64,000 bases of DNA from an uncultured Eubacteriales bacterium (GTDB taxonomy: Bacteria; Bacillota; Sulfobacillia; Fermentithermobacillales; Fermentithermobacillaceae). Location: positions 8,592 to 72,591 of the forward strand of contig CAZXLH010000003.1 in the NCBI GenBank assembly GCA_964641455.1, in the 5' to 3' direction. The notes under the pieces were generated by a model. That model saw only the letters and a list, made by a program, of their open reading frames with translations, was not told the origin of the DNA and searched no databases. The translations under genes were made by a program, and so were the position numbers. Position 1 is the stretch's first letter. Each line of letters begins with the position of its first letter. Positions 21,114-29,241 of this stretch are shown here, piece after piece.

Positions 21114-22760
21114 CTATCTCACCGGGCCGGCAAATTGTGTTTGAAACCGAACCTTGTCCTCATCTGACAGTTCAAGAAACCTCTCAAAGTTGGCAAGGCT
21201 CAATCTGCCTACAGAGAAAAGAATCTCGGTAAACTCTTTGTCTCCATACTTAAACTTTGCCTGTAAATCTCCAATCTTCTTCATTCCATAATAATAGCAA
21301 GTCATATATCCAGGATTAAGTTCCTGGTAAAGCACCTGGCCCCTTGCAGATGTCCTATCAAACCCCAGTTCTTGCATATAAAGCTTAACTGCGTCATCCA
21401 CCGGTTTGCCAAAGTAATGAAGCCACAAATCAGCCTTAATCCTGACAGCGGTATGGTGCCGCCTTAGACGGACAAATAAAGGGAAAAACCGGTCAGGGAA
21501 AATATGTTCCATGAGTTTCTCTGATCGGTGAGCCGTGCCTTCCATTAAGGGAATATACCGCGAACCGATTTTCACCGTCTCAGGCAAAGGATCCATGGTG
21601 GTTCTGACAAACTGCACGTGATGCCCTGGATAACATTCGTGTATAGCCATCATCTTGAGCCAACCGTCTGTAACAGCCTTGTAATTGGTCTCATTCAGAA
21701 ATACCTCTCCAACAAGAGGCCTGCGTCTGAAACACCCTCCCCCGTACCCGCCCCATGGGTACGAATCTCTTGTTTGCTCAGGGGTAGGGCTTACAACACA
21801 GTGCTCTTCAGGCAATTTCACATAACCGTCTAACGTAGCTTTCTTTGCCGTTTCTACATAGCCTTTCATTCTGGAGAACATCTCTTCTACAGTGTCGCAA
21901 GGGCCGGCATGCTCATCTAATATTGCAAATACATCCGCCAATGATTTGACGGGCCTTACACCTAAATCCCTTGCTGTGTCCAACAGCTGCTCGCGTGTGG
22001 ATGCCATTTCCCTTTCGTGCCAATCCAACAGTTCTTCCAAACTCACACCAAGTTCGTTTTCGAGAATTCGCCTGTACCTTTCAGGGTTTACAGGCTTAGT
22101 TACGGAATCGGAGCCATGTTCAGCAGGGGTTTTGCTTTCGGCTGCATAAAGAGCTTCTTTCTCCCATGCTGCAGCCCTGGATACAATCTCATCAAGTTTG
22201 ACAGCAAGATCAGCTTGGGCCCTTGAATCAAGCTCATGATAGTACTTAGGAATATTGGTTTTTACGTTACAAGCTATAACCCGTAAAATTTTACATGCCC
22301 TTGCTACCTCTTGTATTTTGTCACTTTGAGAATCCGGGAATAACGCCTTAACCCCCTCCCACAGAGCGTCTGTCTGTGAAAGCCGGGCAGAAAGTACAGC
22401 CAAACGTTCTTGAGCAGGCCTGGAATCCTGGCGGGAATTGAAATCCAAAACCCATGTTTGCCCGCTCATAAAACGAGCCAAATGCTGAAAATTGGTCTCT
22501 ACGGCTGAAATCCGCCCTGTCAGGAATTCTATGAAATGAGATCTTAGAAGAGAAAATACAGGGTCAGGTTCAGGAAGTTTCTTGGCTTCTTCAAGCAGCG
22601 ATTCAAAAGCAGCCTTCATCTCCTCTTTCAAAGCAATGGAAGGTATTAAAGTGTGGGTTTCGTAATCACGGCTTGATGAATACTTATATACAGCCTGAGC
22701 GCACTTGGCGTCAAATTCGCAATAGATTTGCCTGACTGTATCGTTGTTTGGCTTAGTCAT
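21114..22760 (-). CDS. DUF885-family protein, paralog 2
   Basis: AIHECYPGHHVQ, EGTAHRSE and GYMTCYYYG motifs; visibly homologous to 14438..16096. Start taken at the ATG at 22760. Confidence 0.75.
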   Translation of the reverse strand: MTKPNNDTVRQIYCEFDAKCAQAVYKYSSSRDYETHTLIPSIALKEEMKAAFESLLEEAKKLPEPDPVFSLLRSHFIEFLTGRISAVETNFQHLARFMSGQTWVLDFNSRQDSRPAQERLAVLSARLSQTDALWEGVKALFPDSQSDKIQEVARACKILRVIACNVKTNIPKYYHELDSRAQADLAVKLDEIVSRAAAWEKEALYAAESKTPAEHGSDSVTKPVNPERYRRILENELGVSLEELLDWHEREMASTREQLLDTARDLGVRPVKSLADVFAILDEHAGPCDTVEEMFSRMKGYVETAKKATLDGYVKLPEEHCVVSPTPEQTRDSYPWGGYGGGCFRRRPLVGEVFLNETNYKAVTDGWLKMMAIHECYPGHHVQFVRTTMDPLPETVKIGSRYIPLMEGTAHRSEKLMEHIFPDRFFPLFVRLRRHHTAVRIKADLWLHYFGKPVDDAVKLYMQELGFDRTSARGQVLYQELNPGYMTCYYYGMKKIGDLQAKFKYGDKEFTEILFSVGRLSLANFERFLELSDEDKVRFQTQFAGPVR

Positions 22761-22908
22761 GAGGCCACCTCCAAAAAATGTATAGGTAAAATTACAACCG
22801 ATAATGTGGTGACCAGAGACGCAGGTTGTTGTGCCTGCGTCTCTATAGCAAATAATTTGGCCGAAGCAAAATCGCCGGTGGCTCACTTACTTCCGGCCGG
22901 GCCATACT

Positions 22909-24057
22909 CTAAACAACTGCCGGTTCTACCCGCAAGTCTCCTCTTTCAAAACGGGCAAGGTCTAAATCACTTATATCAATAGAAACCTCTTTGCCTAATA
23001 TCATCTCAGAAAGTAGTTGTCCGACTATAGGCGCTAACATAAACCCGTGGCCGCTGAACCCGACCGCCTGGTAATACCCGTCGATGCCCGGAACAGTCCC
23101 AAGTATGGGATGGGCATCAGGTGTAATAGTGTATAAGCCGGACCATTGCCTGATAACCCTAACGCCTTCAAGTGCCGGAACAAGTTTACACATGATGTCA
23201 GACATTCTTGCAAGGAACTGCCATGAATGGCCTATGTCATATCCTCTTGGCTCGTTTGGATCTCCAATTCCCATGACCAGGGATCCGTGAGGTGTCTGCT
23301 GACAGTAAATCCCAAGGGAAAAAGACATGAGCATAGGGTCAAACACATGGCCCACAGGTTCAGTAACCAAGATTTGGTGGCGCTCGGTATACAGAGGGAG
23401 TTTTACACCAACCATGGAAGCAACAGGAGCCGCCCAAGGCCCTGCAGCGTTTACCACAATTGAAGTAGATATGTCGCCTTTATTGGTCTTCACTTTGGTT
23501 ATTTTGCCATTTGATTTCTCAATCCCTGTAACCTCTGTAAAGCAGTTGACTTCGCCGCCGAGGCGCTCAAAAGCTTTTAAGTAAGCTCTTGTTGTGTGAA
23601 ACGGGTTGGCGTGGCCATCCCGGGCATTAAAGGTTGCCCCTAACATTCCTTCTGTATTGAGCGCAGGTACGATTTGTTTGGCATCTTCCGGAGTACATAC
23701 TTGTGCATTTACGCCCAACTTGTGTTGCACTTCAACGTTTTCCTTAAATTGCTCCCATTCTTTCTCACTATATGCCATCATCAGGTAACCTTTTTGTACA
23801 AACTCAATATCATAATCATATTGAAGTTCTTCCTGGAGACCCTCAAAAATGTCAATTGCAGCTTTGCATATTCTGATATTTCCTTCAGAGCCCCACTGCT
23901 CTCTAACCCCTGCACCGCATCGCCCGGTGGAACCGCTTGCGAAAGTATCCTTTTCACACAATACGACGTTCTTCATACCATGCTTCATAAGATTGTAGGC
24001 TATTGAAGCGCCGTTCACTCCTCCACCCACTACTACTGCGTCTGCTGAAGTTTTCAT
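22909..24057 (-). CDS. FAD-dependent dehydrogenase catalytic subunit (L-proline dehydrogenase beta / sarcosine oxidase beta-like), module 2
   Basis: GGGVNG, GSTGRCGAGVR, WSGLYTITPD and GFSGHGFMLAP motifs. Confidence 0.88.
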   Translation of the reverse strand: MKTSADAVVVGGGVNGASIAYNLMKHGMKNVVLCEKDTFASGSTGRCGAGVREQWGSEGNIRICKAAIDIFEGLQEELQYDYDIEFVQKGYLMMAYSEKEWEQFKENVEVQHKLGVNAQVCTPEDAKQIVPALNTEGMLGATFNARDGHANPFHTTRAYLKAFERLGGEVNCFTEVTGIEKSNGKITKVKTNKGDISTSIVVNAAGPWAAPVASMVGVKLPLYTERHQILVTEPVGHVFDPMLMSFSLGIYCQQTPHGSLVMGIGDPNEPRGYDIGHSWQFLARMSDIMCKLVPALEGVRVIRQWSGLYTITPDAHPILGTVPGIDGYYQAVGFSGHGFMLAPIVGQLLSEMILGKEVSIDISDLDLARFERGDLRVEPAVV

Positions 24058-24383
24058 TGGCCGGCCACCTCCTCTTGACACTTACAATCAGCACCATCTT
24101 CATCATCTTCTGAAATGATGGCCAACTCACCCATTTTTATAGGTTTAACAGGGGGCCTGTAACGAGACTGAAGGATTTCAGAAACCGGTTTTCCGAGATA
24201 CCTGGCAATCTCCCCTGCCACCAGCAACCTACAAGTTCTTCCTTGGCATGGCCCCATACCGGCTCTGGTTATGCGTTTGACTTCGTCTAAGGTGGTTGCG
24301 CCTTCTCTAATGGCTTTTCGTACCTCTCCCAATGTCACGTCTTCGCACCGGCAAACAATAATGTCGTTTTCAGCCTTAGCCAT
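24054..24383 (-). CDS. BFD-like [2Fe-2S] subunit, module 2
   Basis: CRCEDV...RAGMGPCQGRTC. Confidence 0.9.
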   Translation of the reverse strand: MAKAENDIIVCRCEDVTLGEVRKAIREGATTLDEVKRITRAGMGPCQGRTCRLLVAGEIARYLGKPVSEILQSRYRPPVKPIKMGELAIISEDDEDGADCKCQEEVAGQ

Positions 24384-24386
24384 GGC

Positions 24387-24896
24387 TCACCCCACCCTTT
24401 CAACAAGTTCAAAGTTTCTTACCGTCATAGACAATTGCTTTGGGGCTCGTACCCAAACAACAGGCGTTCCTTGAGGCTTCTTGCCGGGAAGCACTCTGTG
24501 AACCAACCCTTCCCCTACTTTTTCACCTGCCCTATCCAATAAAGACACTTTATCTCCTTTATCGGGCATGGGAGCGAACTCAAAGGGAATTGCTACCAAG
24601 CATTCAGTATCGCTAAAAGTTTCATCGACAACAAAAATCGCCAACCCCGGGCAAGCAGCTACACACACCCCGCAACCGGTACATTTGCTCCAATCTACCT
24701 CGGGAATATCATTTATTGATTCAAACTGCCGAATAGCACCAAACTTGCAACTATAATGGCATGGGTCGCACGGAATCTCCTGAAAGCATTCAACTACAAC
24801 AAAAGGCCCTTTTTCTCTCCGGGATTTCGGCGGCGTTCTGCTTTCAATTTGCTCTTTTGACGGAACACCGGTGGTCAAAAGAATATCGCTTTTCAC
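24387..24896 (-). CDS. 2x[4Fe-4S] ferredoxin-like subunit, module 2
   Basis: CFQEIPCDPCHYSC and CTGCGVCVAACP motifs. Confidence 0.9.
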   Translation of the reverse strand: MKSDILLTTGVPSKEQIESRTPPKSRREKGPFVVVECFQEIPCDPCHYSCKFGAIRQFESINDIPEVDWSKCTGCGVCVAACPGLAIFVVDETFSDTECLVAIPFEFAPMPDKGDKVSLLDRAGEKVGEGLVHRVLPGKKPQGTPVVWVRAPKQLSMTVRNFELVERVG

Positions 24897-26008
24897 ACGC
24901 TCACCCTCTTTCCCAATTGCTCTCTCAAAACAGCCAACCCTTCCACAATTGGTTTACTGGTCGGGCCCGCTCTCAATTGCTCCAATTCCTCTAAAGACGC
25001 TTTGTGTTTTTGTGAAAATTCGTTTGCAGAAACCTTGCCAAGGCTGTTGGCAACTGCCAACCCTGCAAGCCGCCCTTCTGCCATGGCAGTAGAAGCTTCT
25101 TCTATGCTGGCAACGTCCCCGGCCACATAGATGCCCTCTACCGTTGTTTCCATGTTCTCGTCGTAAAGAGGAACAAAACCGCCAAGGGCTGATACATAAG
25201 TCATTTCAGCTCCTGCCTGCCACAAGAACTCACACAAAGGCGTAAGGCCTGTAGCCAAGCATACAACATCTACTTTCAGGTCTTTTTCAGTGCCCGGGAT
25301 TCCCTGCCACTTGTCATCAAGCTGCCAGATAATCGCACCTTCCACAGAGTGCTTCCCATACGCTTCTTTAATGCTGTGCCTTGTAAGTATGGGAATGCCA
25401 AGCCGCCGGATTTTCGAGGCATGTACCGCATAACCGCCTATTGCCGGCAGAGCTTCAACGAGCGCTGTCACCTTCACACCGGCTTGCACAAGCTGGTAAC
25501 TTACAATCAGGCCGATATTTCCGGACCCTATCATCAATACAGAGTCGCCTGGCTTAACCCCATGAACATTCATGAGGGTCTGCACAGCGCCTGCCCCATA
25601 AACCCCCGGCAAATCGTTGCCCGGGAAAAGAAGCATTTTTTCAGATGCTCCTGTAGCTATCAAGAGTTTGGTGGCTTTGAGTTTCTCAATTCCGTGGGGA
25701 GTCTCAAGAAGCAGTACACCATCATCCTTGTAATACCCTAAAACTTCGGTAGATTTCATAAAGCAAATGTTTTGATTTTGCCCTATATCGTCAGCGAGAT
25801 TATTTGAAATTACAATTCCACGAGTCCCTGCGCTTTTTTCGTGCCACCCAAAGAACTTATGGGTCTGTTTTACCAGCTGCCCACCGATCCCATCGTCCCT
25901 ATCAATAAGGGTGACCTTAACTCCGTAAGAGGCAGCTTCAAGAGCAGCACAGACACCTGCAGGACCCGCTCCTACAATTGCAAGCTCTGTAGTCTTCAAC
26001 AAAGTCAC
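24893..26008 (-). CDS. NAD(P)/FAD-dependent oxidoreductase subunit, module 2
   Basis: GAGPAG, FPGNDLPGVYGAG and GIYVAGD motifs; paralog of 17683..18861. Confidence 0.88.
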   Translation of the reverse strand: MTLLKTTELAIVGAGPAGVCAALEAASYGVKVTLIDRDDGIGGQLVKQTHKFFGWHEKSAGTRGIVISNNLADDIGQNQNICFMKSTEVLGYYKDDGVLLLETPHGIEKLKATKLLIATGASEKMLLFPGNDLPGVYGAGAVQTLMNVHGVKPGDSVLMIGSGNIGLIVSYQLVQAGVKVTALVEALPAIGGYAVHASKIRRLGIPILTRHSIKEAYGKHSVEGAIIWQLDDKWQGIPGTEKDLKVDVVCLATGLTPLCEFLWQAGAEMTYVSALGGFVPLYDENMETTVEGIYVAGDVASIEEASTAMAEGRLAGLAVANSLGKVSANEFSQKHKASLEELEQLRAGPTSKPIVEGLAVLREQLGKRVSV

Positions 26009-26337
26009 TCCTTACTTACCAGGTCAGGCCCAACACCTTTTTGCATCTCAACGTGCATGCCTGCCCTTAGTTTTTCGGTGCACGCCCTAACATTAGGAAC
26101 CCCGTCAACAACCACCAAACACGAAGAACAATTGCCTATTGCACAAAAAAAGCCGCGCGCACGGCCCTCTTTCATGCTCTCATGAAGCACCTTGATGCCT
26201 GAAGCATGAAGAGCGCTTGCTATCGGCTCGCCTTCGTACCCCCAAAGTTCCTTTCCTTCCCAATAGAACTTAACTTTCTTCCTCTCGGTGAAGTCCAGTA
26301 TTGGGTGTTCTCTGATTCTGATTTCCGAAGATTCCAA
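26005..26337 (-). CDS. [2Fe-2S] (Fer2_4) subunit, module 2
   Basis: GEPIASAL...FFCAIGNCSSC...C. Confidence 0.88.
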   Translation of the reverse strand: MESSEIRIREHPILDFTERKKVKFYWEGKELWGYEGEPIASALHASGIKVLHESMKEGRARGFFCAIGNCSSCLVVVDGVPNVRACTEKLRAGMHVEMQKGVGPDLVSKE

Positions 26338-26551
26338 AGATTAATGCCCCCCTCCTGTGAACAATTATTGCTTGTAAGGATATTGCCAAGCCCGGGAAGC
26401 GCCCTGTCAATACAATTGCATCCCGAATCGAACGCCTCCCGGGCCGAAAGCCTATTAATCTGCATTTACGAATCCATGATTCAAGTTCTGCCAAACTTTG
26501 CTTACTCAGGCCACTGTATTGATTAAGTTTTCTCACAAACGCCTGCACAGG

Positions 26552-28411
26552 CTATCCGAGATCATAACCTGCTTCTTCAAGAGTCTTGGCTGCATATTCC
26601 AGCCCGAGTTCCTCCAATTTCTTCTTGGTTGGAATACCGTCTGAAGTCCACCCTCGCTTGGCGTAGTAATCATCGAGCATAATGTCTATTTTTTGCCTGG
26701 GTATGAATTTGCCTTTGGCAGGCCCTGATGGGACAGGTTCTTCCATAAACCTGGCAGGAGGATAATCCCATGGCCTTCCAAAACCTTTGTTTTCCCTCGC
26801 GGTCAAAGCCCGGGTCAGATTCCACACTCTTTCGGCAACCAAAATAAGATCTTGCCATCCGTAAGGAAGCCCTGTAATCAACGGAAAGATTTCGCCATAG
26901 TGCTGTTCTTCAAATCCGATTTCCACCCACTGCAGCCTGCAAGTGCCTAACAAGTCAAATACAGGCCTTATGTGCTGAAGTTCAATGGTTTTGTCGGCTT
27001 TACCTTCGGTTGTGTCACGGCCTTCAGCCACATCAAAGGTAACTGCCCACGAACGATTGTGGTGGGCGCCTATATCGCATGTAATGTAAGAAAGCATCAT
27101 CGCCGGAGCCCATCTTGCTTCGTATCCTGTCCATTCAAGCCCCTTTACTTGAATCGCAAACCTGTCAGAATCTCCGCCAATCTCGTCAGCCGCAGCCCGA
27201 ACTCCCTTTGCCAAAAGATCGCCTATACCTTCACGATGCGCCATCTTCTCAAGAAGATAAACTACTGATTCAAGGTCGCCCCAGGCCAGTTTTCGCCCTA
27301 CCTGTTCTTCGGTAAGAAGCCCTTTTTCAAAGCACTCTATGGCAAAGGCAGCCAGGTTTCCGCCTGAAATCGTGTCTAATCCAAGTTCATCGGCAACCCA
27401 GTTGGCGTAAGCAACTTCTTCGATTGTGTCTATGGCCACATTGCCTCCGAGCATTGCAATTGTTTCGTACTCAGGGCCCTCCACCAAAATTTCCCCTAAT
27501 TTGGTGCATGCCTTCGAGTATTTTCCACAAGGCGTTGGACAAGCAAAACATCCCTTGTCAGTCTGCAAAATTCGATCTTTAAGTGCCTGGCCATTGATCC
27601 CTTTGTGGCCCTCGAAATAGTTTGTAGAGAAGTTCTTTGTGGGAAAAACTCCGGCAGTGTTAGCCCAGTCAACCACTTCAGCAGTGCCATACGGGGTCCA
27701 TGTCTTGAATCCTGGCTTATGAAAACACACCTTATACATTTCCCTCGATTTTTCAAAAGCCTTCTTGGTGTCTGTAATCGGAATGGTATGTGAGCCGCGC
27801 ACCGCCACAGCCTTCACTTTCTTCCATCCCAGTACGGCGCCAATGCCTGTTCTCCCTGCCTGCCTGCCGTAATCATGCGATACACATGCAAATTTTACAA
27901 GGTTTTCGCCTGCAGGGCCGATCAGGGCAATCTGGAAGTCTTCACCCAACTTGTCTTTGAGCATTTTTTCTGCCGTGATACACCCAACGCCCCACACGTC
28001 TGACGCATCTTCAAAAGTGACTTTGTCATCATCTATCACTACTATTGTTGGCTTATCTGATTTACCTCTTATAATAAGGGCGTCATATCCTGCAAACTTA
28101 ATTTCAGGGGCAAAATGCCCGCCCATGTTTGAGTCACCGTAACCGTTTGTGGCAGGAGACTTACAGCCCATATGCACCTTGCCTGAAGCAGGCAAATGTA
28201 CACCGCCTAACGGGCCGGGCGCCATTACTACAACGTTTTCTGCTGAAAACGGCTCGGCACCTGCGGGAACCATGTCCCAAAGAAGTTTGGCAACAAACCC
28301 ACGTCCGCCAATATATTCTTTTATCAGTTTCTCATCAGTCGGAATTTGCCTTGATGTTTTTGAAGATAAATCAATCTCCAAAAGTTTACCCATATAGCCA
28401 CCATATGTCAT
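26552..28411 (-). CDS. aor: Aldehyde:ferredoxin oxidoreductase (tungsten AOR family)
   Basis: KSPATNG..DSNMGG, AGRTGIGAVLG.KKVKA, EGPEYET, C..CP..C and GLDTISGG motifs. Confidence 0.93.
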   Translation of the reverse strand: MTYGGYMGKLLEIDLSSKTSRQIPTDEKLIKEYIGGRGFVAKLLWDMVPAGAEPFSAENVVVMAPGPLGGVHLPASGKVHMGCKSPATNGYGDSNMGGHFAPEIKFAGYDALIIRGKSDKPTIVVIDDDKVTFEDASDVWGVGCITAEKMLKDKLGEDFQIALIGPAGENLVKFACVSHDYGRQAGRTGIGAVLGWKKVKAVAVRGSHTIPITDTKKAFEKSREMYKVCFHKPGFKTWTPYGTAEVVDWANTAGVFPTKNFSTNYFEGHKGINGQALKDRILQTDKGCFACPTPCGKYSKACTKLGEILVEGPEYETIAMLGGNVAIDTIEEVAYANWVADELGLDTISGGNLAAFAIECFEKGLLTEEQVGRKLAWGDLESVVYLLEKMAHREGIGDLLAKGVRAAADEIGGDSDRFAIQVKGLEWTGYEARWAPAMMLSYITCDIGAHHNRSWAVTFDVAEGRDTTEGKADKTIELQHIRPVFDLLGTCRLQWVEIGFEEQHYGEIFPLITGLPYGWQDLILVAERVWNLTRALTARENKGFGRPWDYPPARFMEEPVPSGPAKGKFIPRQKIDIMLDDYYAKRGWTSDGIPTKKKLEELGLEYAAKTLEEAGYDLG

Positions 28412-28812
28412 ACCCTGTGCACCTCCCCTGATTCATCTGCCAGGGCTTCTCTTGGGCAATACTTCACGCATTCGCCGCAGCTGATACATTTGAATGCAAC
28501 ATTCTTTTCTTTGATAAAGCGTATGACCTGCTCAGGGCACGCATCTACGCAAACCTCGCATCCTATACATTCCGCTTCATCAACAAAGAGAACCCCCTCT
28601 GAGTTTTCTTTGATTGCGCCTGTAGGACAAACATCTTTGCATACTCCGCATTCAGTACACACTTGCAGTTCATAAGTACCCGGGCTGGGGAAATGCTGAA
28701 TAACATTGATGGTTCCATACCTGGGGTTATTCAGGCCGTGATTTGCAAGTGAGCAAACCAGGAGACACGCTTTGCAGCCTGAACACAATTTGGACACTGT
28801 TTTTAGTTTCAC
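28408..28812 (-). CDS. Multi-[4Fe-4S] ferredoxin partner of AOR
   Basis: Four CxxCxxC-type motifs; GGAGG RBS in front of the GTG at 28812; overlaps the aor start. Confidence 0.9.
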   Translation of the reverse strand: MKLKTVSKLCSGCKACLLVCSLANHGLNNPRYGTINVIQHFPSPGTYELQVCTECGVCKDVCPTGAIKENSEGVLFVDEAECIGCEVCVDACPEQVIRFIKEKNVAFKCISCGECVKYCPREALADESGEVHRV

Positions 28813-29187
28813 GAGACCCTCCTCCAAACCTTAAGAAATTTGTGACCCTCTATACTTGGCTACTCACGGCATGAATGCGCTCATGCCCGAACCAAACATA
28901 ACCACGGGCTCGAAAACGGTGCTTCGAGCCACCTAGCCTAATAACAGTTACATTAATGGAAATGCCTGAAAAGTATGCCTTATCACAATTCGTCATATTT
29001 TCGCGGAAGTCCTGCTTGGGTCCTATTTCAATCTATGTCAGTTTGGATTAAATCTTAGATGTCAGAGTGTTGGTTAACTTTGTTTTACAACTTATCTCAA
29101 AACTCTCGGGCACATATTGCGATATTGTGTCCCACTATTTTAATAACAGATCTTTTAGCAGTTTGACATCAGCTCATCAGACAAAAA

Positions 29188-29210
29188 TGATTGTGACAAT
29201 GTCACAATCA
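29188..29210. terminator. Perfect 23-bp palindrome, probable bidirectional terminator after hypD
   Basis: TGATTGTGAC-AAT-GTCACAATCA, followed by T-runs on both strands, 32 bp after the hypD stop. Confidence 0.55.
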
Positions 29211-29241
29211 TTTTCATTCTTAACTTCTTTTGCTTGTGTTT

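Noticed and set aside
28858-28938. tRNA gene or canonical Moco/Tuco riboswitch
   Set aside because: It has no 7-bp acceptor stem, anticodon arm or GTTCGA T-arm, and the conserved Moco-motif sequences are not evident. It is kept only as an unclassified structured leader.
29188-29210. Rex or CRP/FNR operator
   Set aside because: The spacing is TGTGA-N5-TCACA rather than the N6 these factors use. Its position after the hypD stop and the flanking T-runs fit a terminator better.
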